Source: Raja brachyura (lineage: Eukaryota). From it: a stretch of DNA of 64,000 nucleotides. Positions 23,431 through 35,984 of this stretch are shown here, one piece after another (positions within the stretch are counted from its first letter, which is position 1; each line of letters opens with the position of its first letter). The translations under genes and the position numbers were made by a program. The notes below the pieces were generated by a model. That model did not search any database, was not told where the DNA came from, and saw nothing but the letters and a program-made list of their open reading frames with translations. The stretch lies in the NCBI GenBank assembly GCA_963514005.1, contig OY740805.1, forward strand, positions 42,408,001-42,472,000, in the 5' to 3' direction.

Positions 23431-24695
23431 GCTGCTCGATGTAAACCATCAGACTCGATGTAAACCATCGGATCTCCAGAGCGTCCAGTGATGTATCCGC
23501 TAGCTTCTGACATTCCAATAGGGCATCTTCACCCACCATGGCCACCAACGGATAGTCCGGCAAAATCACATAGAACTCCTCCGGAAAAATAAAATATTTA
23601 AATTTCAGCTTTTTACATTGGCGAGTTGCGTACATTTTTCGGGAGTAGGGTGGCAGTTAAGCAAAAGCAGGAACATTTCTATTTTAGAGTTCATAATTCT
23701 TCCAAAAATCATATGAGAATAACGTCACATCTCTGTCGCTCGAATGCTCCAAATGGGGGATTGAACCCACGACCATCTGACCCAGGACTTTGTTAACAGA
23801 GTCTGAGTGAGTCGGAACATCCCATAGATCGGCTGAGGCACAAGTGAAGTAGCCCAATATTCACGGCAAGGTGTATGAGATAGTCGGGTCGATTTTACCA
23901 TTACCTTGGTCACCACATGAACAAGCAACAGCTCAAATATGCAGCCTACTCCCTTCATCGTGGAAATAATTCCTTCCTTGGTTTCACCTGGAAATAGAAC
24001 ATCGAGGCAGTGTTTAAAGGGAAAGCACTATCGCTATTAAATTAACTAATTTTACGAATTCTGTTTTAACAGGTAATATAAAATAAGTTATTGGCAAAAC
24101 GCCACAGGGTATAACTTCAGACAAATACAGAAGGCGTGTTCCAACAATATGCATAAGTTCAAGGCTGGTCGTTTTTACTAGAGTTTTCACTTGAGTGTTT
24201 TATGTTTGTGTTTGCAAAATACTATCATTAAACGCTAATGCAGTTTTCAAACTGCTCTTCAGTTTCAGAAAATTCAGAACATTACAAAACGTTGATGCAG
24301 GGAGTGGAGGGAGGTGGATTGTGTGACAGCAGTTCAGCATTGGTCTCCGCATCGTGTTCGGCACAGACATTGTGGGCCGAGGGTCATGTTCCTGTGTTGT
24401 CCTGTGTTCTATGTTCTATTGTGCACTGAGTCTAGCTGCAGAGAAACGGAGACGAGGAGAGAGGCAGGGAGATTGCTGTGACCAAAGCAACGAGATAAGC
24501 ATTGTACTTTGCGGCAATGAGACGTCAAGATACAGCGTCCATGCACAGAGGGACATGATATAAAGCACGCGAGACTATCCCAGACCGTGGAGCAAGATGC
24601 ACCCCGCTAACCGGAATATACGGAATTAATTATTGTCCTTCACAAGAAACAGCAAAACAAAACAACATTGTTAAGATTTCTCACATCAAAGATGT

Positions 24696-26885
24696 CATAG
24701 AAACATAGAAAATAGGTGCAGGAAGAGGCCATTCGACCCTTCGAGCCAGCACCTCCATTCATTGTGATCATGGCTGATCGTCCTAATCAATAACCCGTGC
24801 CTGCCTTCTCCCCATATCCCTTGATTCCACTAGCCCCAAGAGGTCTATCTAACTCTCTCTTAAACGCATGCAGTGATTTGGCCTCCACTGCCCTCTGTGG
24901 CAGGGAATTCCACAAATTCACAAGTCCCTGGGTGAAAAAGTGTTTCTCAGCTCAGTCTTAAATGACCTCCCCTTTATTCTAAGACTGTGGCCCCTGGTTC
25001 TGGACTCGCCCAAAATTGGGAACATTTTTCCTGCATCTAGCTTGTCCAGTTCATTTATAATTTGATATGTTTCTATAAGATCCCCCCATCATCCTTCTAA
25101 ACTCCAGTGGATACAAGCCTAGTCTTTTCAATCTTCCCTCATATGACAGTCCCGCCATCCCGGGATCAATCTCGTGAACCTACGCTGCACTGCCTCAATG
25201 ACAAGGATATCATTCCTCAAATTCGGAGACCAAAACTGTACAGATGTGGTCTCATCAGAGCCCTATTCAACTGCAGAAGAACCTCTTTAATCCTATACTG
25301 AAATCCTCTTGTTATGAAGGCCAACATTCCATTTGCTTTCTTCACTGCCTGCTGCATCAGTACGCCAACTTTCAGTGACCGATGTACAAGGACGCACAGG
25401 TCTCGCTGCACCTCCCCCTTACCTAATCTAACCCCATTGAGATAATCATCTTCCCCCCTTGTTTTTGCCGCCAAAATGAATAACCTCACATTTATCTATA
25501 TTATACTGCATCTGCCACGCATCTTCCAACTCACTCAACCTGTCAAGGTCACCCTGTAACCTCCTAACATCCTCTTCACAGTTCACACTGCCACACAGCT
25601 TTGTGTCATCCGCAAACTTGCTAGTGCTGCTTCTAATACCCTCTTCCAAATCATTAATATAGATGGTAAACTGTTGCGGCTCCAACACCGAGCCTTGCGG
25701 CACTCCACTCGCCACTGCCTGCCATTCTGAAAAGGACCCGTTCACTCCTGTTCTTTGCTTTCTGTCTGCCAATCAATTTTCTATCCACCCTACCCCCAAT
25801 AACATGTGCTCTGATTTTAGTCACCAGTCCCACGTGCGGGACCTTATCAAAAGCTTTCTGAAAGTCTAGATACACTACATCCACTGGCACCCCTTCGTCC
25901 ATTTTACTTATCACATCCTCACAAAATTCCAGAAGATTAGTCAAGCATGATCTCCCTTTCATAAATCCATGTTGACCTACACTAATCATTTTACTGCTAT
26001 CCAAATGCCCCATTATTACCTCTTTAATAATTGACTCTAGCATCTTTCCCACCACCGAAGTCAGACTAACTGGTCTGTAATAGCCCGATTTCTCCCTCGC
26101 TCCTTTCTTGAAAAGTGGGATAACATTAGTAATCCTCCAATCCACAGGAACTGATCCAGAATCTATTGAACATTGGAAAATGGTCACCAATGCGTCCACT
26201 ATTTCTAGTGCCACCTCCCTGTGGACCCTGGCATGCAGACCATCAGGCCCAAGGGATTTATCATCCTTCAGTCCCATTAGCCCACCGAATACTATTTCTC
26301 GCCTAATGAACATTCCTCTACTTCCTTAGATCCTCTGTCCTCCAGTACATCTGGGAGATTGTTTGTGTCTTCCTTAGTGAAGACAGATCCGAAGTACCTG
26401 TTCAACTCTTCTGCCATTTCCTTGTTAGCCATAATAATTTCACCCGTGTCTGCCTTCAAGGGACCCACATTTAACATTGCTACTCTTTTTCCCTTAACAT
26501 ATCTAAAGAAGCTTTTACTATCCTTCTTTATATTCCTGGCAAGCTTCTCTTCGTACTTCATCTTTTCGGCCCGTTTTGCCCGTTTTGTTTCCATCTGTTG
26601 TTCTATGAAAGTTTCCCAATCCTCTGGTTTTCGGCTACTCTTTGCTGTGTTATACATCTTTTCTTTTAGTTTTATTCTATCCCTAACTTCTCTTGTAAGC
26701 CACGGTTGCCTCCTACTCCCCTTGAAATCTTTCTTCCTTTTTGGAATGCAATTATCCTGCGTCTTCTGGATAATGCCCAGAAATTCCTGCCATTGCTGTT
26801 CCACCGTTATACCTGCTCTGATCCATTTCCAGTCTACCTTGGCCAGCTCCTCTCTCATGCCTTCATAGTCCCATTTGTTCAACTG
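24696..26885 (-). mobile_element. CR1 LINE, ~2.2 kb of ORF2 plus 3' UTR, frameshifted
   Basis: ORFs 26292-26882, 25654-26313 and 25446-25772 give consecutive ORF2 segments (YRPVSLTS, YLDFQKAFDKVPH, GVPQGSVL, FADDTK). Confidence 0.92.
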
Positions 26886-27689
26886 TCCAAGTGGCTTGTC
26901 ATTGAAAATGGCGATGTTGATTTAATTTAACATTCCAAGATTAGGAAGGAAAATTATTTGAAAAAGAACATCCAGGTAATTTGGTCACTGTTGGTAATAG
27001 TTGCGATATTGAGACGCACAGAATAAACGCCTGAAGAAAAAAGACGATTCACCTGTTACAGAAAAGGTTTGTGGGTTTGGTACCGGATGGATTGCTGTTT
27101 CAGAACCGCTGGGCCACTGGTTCACCCCCTCCTGAGTTTCTGGTCAATGTGATGATTTATATCAGTCCTTTCTCTGGCTGCTATAACCCGACATCTGCAC
27201 CCATGATAAACGCCTTCCTTTGACCGTGAAACCGGACAAATGCTCCACACTAATACTCTTCGCAAATGTTCAACCTCTCAGCAGCAAAAACAACACGCCG
27301 CGCCTTTTCTGGGCGGTGATGGTCCAAAGTCTGGCTTGCTCCTTTTATTAAAGAGAACTGATAAAGATTCAGGCTAAAATCATAAAGCAATCCAAAGGTC
27401 TGATCGAGATAAAAAGTAGTCCAAAGGGCTTTTACTGCACATTAACAATCGAAGGACTGTGTGGAGGCAGTGAGACGCCGAACAACCAAAGTTGTGAATA
27501 AGGTAGGGATATTTCTATACTTAAACTTGTTTCCTATAACTGTGGCCAGACTGCAACGTAACTGACCAATGGGAACATTAGAACAATATGAAGTTGTGCG
27601 CAACTCTGTATTAATGCCATTTGGGGGATAAACTGTCTCGTGGTGTGTCGGTAAAGAATCACCAAAAAAGGAGAGTCGACAAAGCAGTC

Positions 27690-28085
27690 AGTGGATGTTA
27701 TTTGCATGGATTATCAGAAGAATTCTGATAAGGTGCCACACGCGAGACTAGTAAACAGGATTGGAGCTCCTGGCATTTGAAGCAAGGTTCCAGCATGGAT
27801 AGTAGATTGGTTGACGGGCAGAAGCAACGAGTGAGAATAAAGGGGGGCATTTCTGGTTGGCTGCCGGTGACTAGTGGTGTTCCACGGGGGTCGGTGCAGG
27901 GGCCGCTACTTTGCACCTCATGTGTTAATGGGCTGGATGGGAGAATTGGTGGCTTTGTGGACAAATTTGCAGACGCTATGAAAATAGGTGGAGGGGGCTG
28001 TTGTGTCGAGAAAGCATGGAGGCTGCAGAATGAGGTGGACAGGTTGGGAGAGTGGGCAAATAAGTAGAACATGGAATACAGCGGG
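27690..28085 (+). mobile_element. CR1 RT fragment
   Basis: QKQRVRIKG..SGWLPVTSGVPRGSV and KFADAMKIGG. Confidence 0.8.
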
Positions 28086-28886
28086 TTGCTGTGTTTCACT
28101 CTGCGGGTTCACAGTCTAAAATGTCCGTTTCCCGCCACTCCCTGGCACTGATAAGGACAAGCGCAGTGAGTGGCTCAGAGACATTTTCTGAAACTCCCGA
28201 TCTCTCACGACCGATGTTTCTAGTCGGTTAATGTTTAACTCCGCTCACCTTTCTCCAGCAACCGATCCCCGCTGAGAGTCCAACCATCCCCAAAGTAGAT
28301 AATGTCTGGGACTCACGTCACACTGAGAATCTGACCGCTGATCTCCCACCTTCTCCCCACAATACGTGAGCACGTCCACGTCGGCTGTTGAAAACGTTCA
28401 CTGTTTCAGGAAGGACAGGTCGAGTCAAGGTCAGCTGCTCCAGATCGGTGGCGCTTTGCTGGTCCGTTACTGAACCCTGGGTGGGGCAGCTCTGCAGTCC
28501 CCATGGTAGAAGGGCAACAAATGTCCTTCTGTATAATCAGGGCACAACTACTCAAACCTGGACCGTACAATGGAACAGGGGAGGCGACAACCTGGACCAG
28601 AGGGTTATTCCGTGTTGGCTCCACACCGCCCCCTGCGGCCAGGTGTGTTGGGATGGTCAGCCCTGGGGATGCAACTGCGCTCGTTCCCTCCGCTTCTTTC
28701 ACCAATAACCTCAGCCCAATCCCCCCGTTCACGGCCCTCCGGCCCCAGGGCCCACTTTTCCCATCCTTTACCGGGCCAACCCGTCCCCATTCTGAGCCCC
28801 TCCATTCAACCCCACCCCCCCCCCCTCCCCCCCGCCTCACCACACACACCTTCCCCGGCTCCCAGAAGAACCCCTGCCTCCCCGCT

Positions 28887-29140
28887 GGGCGACAAGATGG
28901 CGCAGGGGTAGAGTTGCTGCCTCACAGCGCCAGGGACCCGGGTTCGATCCTGACCACGGGTGTTGGCTGTACAGTGTTTGTACGTTCTCCCCGCGACCGC
29001 GTGGGTTTTGTCCGAGTGCTCCAGTTTTCACCTACAATCGAAAGACGGGCAGGTTTGTAGACAATTGGTGTCGGGGAAATTTGTAAAATTGTCCCTCGAG
29101 AGCAGGATCGTGCTGGTGTACAGGGTGATCGCTGGTCATC
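28887..29140 (+). mobile_element. tRNA-derived SINE (HE1/V-SINE-like)
   Basis: Same family as 9110-9402; GGTTCGATCC B-box. Confidence 0.75.
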
Positions 29141-29594
29141 GCGAGAGAAACAAGAACAAATCAGAGAACAGAGACCCGGGAGCATCGTTCACTGTTCATT
29201 CCACTGGACAATATAACCTCACCCCCTGATTATTTTTTATTGTTCCCACATCTTTTGATTTCAGAATCATTTTCTGTCCTTTGACCGGTTTGATGATGGG
29301 TGACTGAAGAAATTCCCGGGAGAAGGTTTGTCCCGGACCCGACCCCCGTGACAGGAGACTCAAGGAGCAGATTGTGAAGGGAGCCGGGGTCTCGGTGCGG
29401 AGCCTGGAGTCCTTTGGTCACCACTTACCCTTGGCCACCCCGCACAAGGTGTGGCCTTTCACCCCGTGGTCAACAGTGAGTGAGGGTGGTGGACACCCGA
29501 CAGCGGGGACGGAGGGGGAGGGGGGGATCACAGCTTCCCGCCCATCACGGGACTAACACTTCTCTCTCTCTCAGGCACTGACCCCTCCACTGGG

Positions 29595-29652
29595 ATGGGA
29601 GTGGTTCACTGCGCTGTATTGTTACTGCACGGGATCCTCAGCTCAGTCCACG
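29595..29652 (+). CDS. Butyrophilin-like gene C, signal-peptide exon (coding part; exon starts at 29575)
   Basis: Pyrimidine tract plus cag acceptor; MGVVHCAVLLLHGILSSVH-G|gtaatg is phase 1 and matches the IgV exon. Confidence 0.85.
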
Positions 29653-30169
29653 GTAATGACCACAACATCTGGTCTGATTTCTATTTATTTATCTCATGGA
29701 GGGGGCTTCATGGTGTCAGAAGATTCATATTTTAAAATCGCTCATTTTAATGCAGTTGTCCACATCACTTAATACGATCAGGTAGAAGGTTCTTCCTCCC
29801 TCTGTGGGCGATGATGGGAACTGCAGGAGTCGGAGGCAGCTTCATTTTCATGGATAATCAGGATAGGAGGAAGCAGAGAGTGGGTGCCAAATGTTTTTCT
29901 CAATGGGTGGCAAGATATAAAGAGTGGTGTTCCACGGGGATTGGTGTTGAGACCCCAACATTATATAAAAAATAAATCGTGAACAACCAGTAACAATGTT
30001 GATATCCTGGCTTCATCCCTGGAGATCACAAGGTAACAAGATTCAGGTCATAAGATAAGGTTATGAGATTCAGGTCATCCCGCCCATCAAGTCTACTCCG
30101 CCATACAATCATGGCTGATCTATCCCTCCCTCCCTAACCCCATTAGAGTAATATAATCATTGAGTGATG

Positions 30170-30830
30170 CAGTGTGCAAACAGGCCCTTCGGCCCCATTC
30201 GCCCACACCGGCCAACAATGTCCAGGCTACGCTGGTCCCCTTGCCTGCGCTTGGTCCATTTCCCTCCAAACCTGTCTTCTCCATGTATTTGTCTAACTGT
30301 TTCTTACCGATGTGATAGTCCCAGCCTCAACTGCCTCATCTGGCAGCTTGTTCCATACACCCACCACACTTTGTGAGAAAATGTTATCCCTCGGATTCCT
30401 ATTAAATCTTTTCCCCTTCACCTTGAACCTATGTCCTCTGGTCCTTGATTCCTCTACTCTGGGCAAAGGACTCTGTGCATCTACCCGATCTATTCTTCCC
30501 ATGATTTTGTACACCTCTATAAGATCGCCCCTCATCCTCCTGCGCTCCAAGGAATAGAGACCCAGCTTACAGAACCTCTCCCGATAGCTCACACCCTCTA
30601 GTCCTGGCAACTTCCTCGTAAATATTTTTCTGACCATTCTCAAGCTTGACAATATCTTTCCTATAACATGGTGCCCAGAACTGGACACAATATTCTAAAT
30701 GCGTTCTCACCAACCTGATACAACTGCAACATGAGCTCCGAAGTTCTGTACTGAATACTCTGACAGGTGAAGGCTAAAGAGCCAAAGGGCTTTTTGACCA
30801 CCTCATCTACCTGCGACTCGACCTTCAATA
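30170..30830 (-). mobile_element. CR1 3' fragment in intron of gene C
   Basis: LGLYSLERRRMRGDLIEVYKIM...RTRGHRFKV. Confidence 0.85.
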
Positions 30831-30892
30831 AGGGATTATCCTTATTGATTCCATACATAATTATGTTTTCAATTATTTGAATTGACCCGCAG

Positions 30893-31240
30893 GTGAATTT
30901 CTCGTTATTGTACTGGGCGATGGTTTTGTAGCCACTGTAGGTGGAGATGTGGTGTTGGAATGTCAGCTTGTCCCAGATATATTGATCAGCAACATGGTCG
31001 TGCAGTGGAGGAAGTCAGGTCTCATCTCGCCAGTCCTCGTGTACAGACATGGACACAATGACACCCTCGCTCAACACCAGGATTACAGAGCAAGAGCCGA
31101 ACTGTTTAAAGATGAAGTGGCCAAAGGGAACATTTCCCTCAGAATAAAGAACGTAAGAAGGTTTGATGAAGGGAAATATACATGTTCAGTTACAGAGGGA
31201 GCCGAGTATGAAGCATCTGCAGCTCAGCTGCGAGTTCGAG
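30893..31240 (+). CDS. Butyrophilin-like gene C, IgV exon
   Basis: ccgcag/gtgagt splice sites; 348 nt, phase 1-1; EFLVIVLGDGFVATVGGDVVLEC...VQWR...YRARAELFKDEVAKGNISLRIKNVRRFDEGKYTC. Confidence 0.93.
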
Positions 31241-31756
31241 GTGAGTAAGCAAAACACCGATTGTTGACGATAAATGTGAAAAGAACAAATGGTAAAGGGC
31301 GTTCGATCAACAATGTTGATGTATAATTACATAATTAACAATGTGCTGTTGCAATGTTTATATTGAGAAGTAACTTGAGTGAATGGAGAAAGGGTCTCGG
31401 CCTGAAACGTTGCCTGTTCCCTTCGCTCGATAGATGCTGCCTCACCCACTGTGTTTCTCCAGCATTTTTGTCTACCTTTGAGTAAATGGAGGGCAGCCAT
31501 GGGAATGTGTTTAACTGGAGTTCCATCACATCTGTCCCAGTGATTGTAATTGAGGGGATTGGAGAATAGATGTTGGGAAGCCTCATCACAGTTGTACAGG
31601 ATGTCGGTGAGACCTCACCTGGGGCACTGTGCACAGTCTTTGTCTCCTTACTGAAGGAAAAATGTACTTGCCATATATAGCATATATGTACACATATATT
31701 TTTATACTCTCCCTTTGAAACTCCACCTCGTTGCGCTCATTTCCCAAATCAAGGTC

Positions 31757-34700
31757 AAGTATAATAGTAAGATTAAACCAGAACGTGCCAGATTGAAGTT
31801 TGATCTTTATTTTATGAGGAGTTACGATGAAGGGTTACGTGAAGAGCCCACCAGCCCGCATGCGCGCCAATCTTCAAAGCAGCGGTGTGAAATCACAGAT
31901 AACAGTTGATGAACTGAATATGGTAAGATTCGAGAAACTAGAACTACCAGCTGATCTTATGAGAGAGGGTTGGGAGCGGAGGGCACGTAATCCCTCATCC
32001 TAACTCCTCATAAAATAAAGATCAAACGTCAAACTGGTAAGTTCTTACTATTTTACTTACAATGACAACAAAGAAACTATTACTACTATTATTAAAATCA
32101 GCGGGAACCATGTCTGCATCGGCCAGTCCTACAAAAATGCCTGAAGCGGGATTTACTAAATATTTGCCAGACCCGACTGATGTGCAAAATGGAGGAAGAC
32201 AAACCTCCCCAGTGTAGCAGAGTGCATCTANNNNNNNNNNNNNNNNNNNNNNNNNNNNNNNNNNNNNNNNNNNNNNNNNNNNNNNNNNNNNNNNNNNNNN
32301 NNNNNNNNNNNNNNNNNNNNNNNNNNNNNNNNNNNNNNNNNNNNNNNNNNNNNNNNNNNNNNNNNNNNNNNNNNNNNNNNNNNNNNNNNNNNNNNCCTGG
32401 ATGCAACATCCCGATCTTTAGTGTTCCATGAGTCACCAAGTCATTAAATACTAAGTGATCCAACATCCATTCTGTTTTGACATTGATTTTACGTGATGAT
32501 ACACCACTGCCAAATGAGGTTAGGTAAACCATCCCCGGATACTTTGACTTGATTGCACCCATGTGATTAACATACGGCACCACCAAAGTGTATCAACTTG
32601 GACTTGAGTATGCTGATTATGCATATTTGCACAACCCTTAACCCATAGAATGCACCTAGTGTCTAAAGGTAGTTGATACCATAGAACTGAAGAATAGGTA
32701 ACTCATGCAAATCCCCTCACCTCTGTAACTAGAGATGGTATTAGTAATTTCACATCTTTAGGCACTCGCATCAGTTTGTAATATAACTGAAGATTTACTG
32801 ACGAAAAGTTAGTGGAGCGATGCTGAATACTGTTCGTCCACCATAATTACTTCCATGGAGGTAAATAACGAGACCTACTTACCAGCGTCTCTAACTCCAG
32901 GTCCCTTACCTTTGCTGGAATTCCAGCGAAATTTCATTTGCAGACTCTGTCGATGTTGTCATTTCCATTAGGTCGCTGATGCTGCTGGCCAACTTCACTT
33001 GTAGTGGCTAGCCCGTCACCGACGGAGCAGCAATTTTAGAGGCAAAGCACCGTTTCCCCTCATGTGATTGTCGTGCATTATGCATTCAGCATGGGACCCC
33101 GGCACTATCATATTCGGGTTCCTGTTTGGAGTAAATCCATACTAATCTTAGACACTCTTTATAGAGTGGGAGTAATTGCACCTGAACCAGGTGTCACCAT
33201 CCGTCTTCTCGATGTGTCTGTGCCTGCCTCTGTACCAAGCATGCTTTGCGACACCAACCCCCATTGTCTTGTAATATATATGGCTCCATCTTCATCCTTT
33301 ATACATGCGAATGGGAGGACTTATGCAACCTAAACCAGGGGTTGCCTCAACCCTCATCATCCTTCATACACCCGAATCGTTGGACTTATGCAACCTGAAC
33401 CAGGAGCTGCCTCAGACATATGTGCATGTATTTTAGCACCATCTCCGTCACTGCGCTCAACCGAGTGGGGGGAATGGCAACTCTGAACCAGGCGTTGCTT
33501 CAGGCACATGTGCATACGCCTCTAGCACTCTCTCCGCCACTCCGTCATTTGAGTGGGAGGAAATGTGCAACCCTGAACAGGAGCTGCTGCCTGACATGCC
33601 TTGAGATGGCGCGTTCTTTGACTGCGACGACTCGCAATCTTGTCTGACATAGATGCCCAAGACTTGGCACTCACTCTGAGTTGGGACAGTCAGGTTGCTT
33701 CCTTCAACAGCCGCCAGGACTAGCTGTGCAAATCCATGCTCTGTTGGTATCCTCATTCCCCAAACAGGCAGCACGTGCTAGTTACTCCGAATCCTGCTCC
33801 TTTCCGATGCCAATGCTGTGCACAGGGTAGGACTGGAGCACCTCTGGCCCCCGGTAAGTCAGACATAGTGGGAGAAATGCTGGAACAAAAACCTGCCTGG
33901 TATTTGTCATGGGCAAAGACGTTTACATTAATGAAGACGCCCATCACAGTTAAATCAGAGATTTGATTACTTTATTTATATGAATAAGTCGGCGTTTTGG
34001 GGAAGAATCTTCCACGGTCCCTTAATGAGTGGAATTACCACCATGTATAGCTCGCACAGGTGACTGAAAGGTATACTCAACAAGGCATTCCAAGCCAGTG
34101 ATCTAGACTGCCATGGCAGGTCCGATTCTACTACACAATTTGTTGGTGTAAGTGGAAATAAAATTCTCTTTTGGTTATTATAGTCACAATGTGATCTAGT
34201 GGCAACTAAATAAATGGCATACTTTGAAATAATACACTATAACTAGACCACACAACCCATGTTTCGGAAACCCAGACTCAAGTACCTGCATAGATACCGG
34301 TGGTCTTGAGGTAAGCCCAAAGGCCCTTGGTGTAGGTTCCATTCCCGTTCTTGATTTGGAGGGTGCGGAGGTGCGTGGATAGTGTATTATTTCCGGGGTT
34401 GGGGGCAGACACACACTGACCCCTTGCACTCCTCTCCACTGAGGGGAGATAGTAAGCAGCCCTGAAAACAGGCGCTGCCGTAGTCGCCCGCCGACCTGCG
34501 CTGATATGGCCCTGCTCCGTGGACCATATCAGGATGTCCGAGTACGTGCCGTAATGAAGGAGGGGAACCCTCCTGGCCGGCCTCGTCCAGCCCAGGCCTC
34601 CCTGACTCCGCACAGTTGCCCTCCTATTGCACTCCGCAGCCTGCATCCCCGCGGTCCAATTGGTTTCCCCCGCGGTCCGCCCGGGTTACCGTATGTAATA

Positions 34701-34898
34701 GCCCACAGGAAACTCTGCCAGAAGAGTTTCCTGCAACAAAGGACACCCTGAAAAGTAAGTTTAAAATTTACCTGTGGGATTTATAACTGGAGGAGCAGCT
34801 CGCCTGCCAGCCAGTCACTGCGCCATGCGTTAGACATAATGACGCGCATGCGGACTGGCGGGCTCTTCACGTAGTCACTCACATGACTCCGAAGTAAA
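31757..34898 (-). mobile_element. Degraded DIRS-type (tyrosine-recombinase class) retrotransposon in the IgV-IgC intron
   Basis: RNase H motifs ILQTDAS (~32760-32790), VVPYVNHMG and EWML; inverted segments 31836-31867 vs 34842-34873 and 31780-31842 vs 31984-32045, resembling ITR/ICR organisation. The YR ORF itself was not recognised. Confidence 0.7.
32231..32395. other. Assembly gap
   Basis: N run. Confidence 1.
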
Positions 34899-35379
34899 GT
34901 CCCACCGAGTGATGGATTAACTGCCTGGTGTGTCAGGAAACCCTCCTAGATGTTTCAAACAAATGCTGCCACATCTAAGTCCTTGCCCCATAGGCATTCA
35001 ATGTCAATATTGGTTGGTTGGAGACGATGACAACAATGTTGCCAATATTGACCGCGAGTGCTACTTCCAGGTGGCCATATACTCGGACCCCTGGATATCT
35101 CCGTTCCACCTCACTCTCCAGGGCCCAGCCATTTACCCTCTCACTCTCAGCCTGGATTTAATTACCGAGATACTGAAAACATTCAGCAGGTCAGGTACCA
35201 TCTGGGGAGAGAGAAACAGAGTTGACATTTCTGCTCAATGACTTTCCATTGGAACTGGAAATAATTAGAAATTGTATAGGAATTGTTGCAAGAGGTTTGA
35301 GTACTTGAACAAAATGCTGTTTGGTCCAAGTTGCTATTCTCCCTGACTATTGTTATTTCTATACCTGTCACTGATGCAG

Positions 35380-35661
35380 CTTTGGGGAGTTTGCCCCGGA
35401 TTCGGCTGCAGGGATACCAGGGAGATGGAATCCAGCTCGTGTGTAAGTCCGGTGGATGGTATCCTGGACCAGAGATGCGGTGGATCGGCGAGGATGGACA
35501 GGTTTTACCACAAGCTGAAACAATGTACCATGAAGATACTGATGGTCTTGTAAATGTGGAGAGCAACGTGACAGTAACGAGGCAGTTAACAAACAAGTTC
35601 AAGTGTGTTGTTCAATACAGATGGTTAAACATACAACGTGAGGCAACCGTTAAAATATCAG
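35380..35661 (+). CDS. Butyrophilin-like gene C, IgC exon
   Basis: tgcag/gtttgt splice sites; 282 nt, phase 1-1; ALGSLPRI...IQLVCKSGGWYPGPEMRW...FKCVVQ. Confidence 0.93.
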
Positions 35662-35861
35662 GTTTGTAAACGTTTCTGTTTGATCATTGAAGTATAAAGG
35701 TGATTTACATTCCATTGAAACCCCGACTGCCCAGGATGCTCACTGAGGTGCTCACATGTTTCTCACTGATGATTTATCCACATCTCACTTCTGTGGGGAA
35801 ATGATCTCAGATTTTTAAATACAGTTGACTATATTCGCCGTTCACTGTCTTCATTCTGCAG

Positions 35862-35984
35862 ATGATATCTTCCCTGCTGGAGTTCCTGACTGGGTCCTGC
35901 CGCTGGTCCTCACCATTTGTCTTCTCATTGCCGCCCACGGTGCTGTGTTTTATTGGAACGTGAAACAAAACAGACGCATTAAAG
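35862..35984 (+). CDS. Butyrophilin-like gene C, transmembrane exon
   Basis: ttctgcag/gtacgt splice sites; 123 nt; DDIFPAGVPDWVLPLVLTICLLIAAHGAVFYWNVKQNRRIK. Confidence 0.9.

Larger units (their letters stand above)
12567..23958 (-). pseudogene. Butyrophilin-like gene B (pseudogene)
   Basis: Leader-like exon 23905-23958 (MKGVGCIFELLLVHVVTK, donor in wrong phase). Half IgV ~23436-23580 (EFYVILPDYPLVAMVGEDALLEC...IRWF, acceptor CGG). IgC 22154-22436 with in-frame TAG and 2-bp deletion. 27-nt exons at 18119-18145 and 15574-15600. B30.2 acceptor plus 8 nt at 12567-12574. No TM exon found. Confidence 0.8.
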
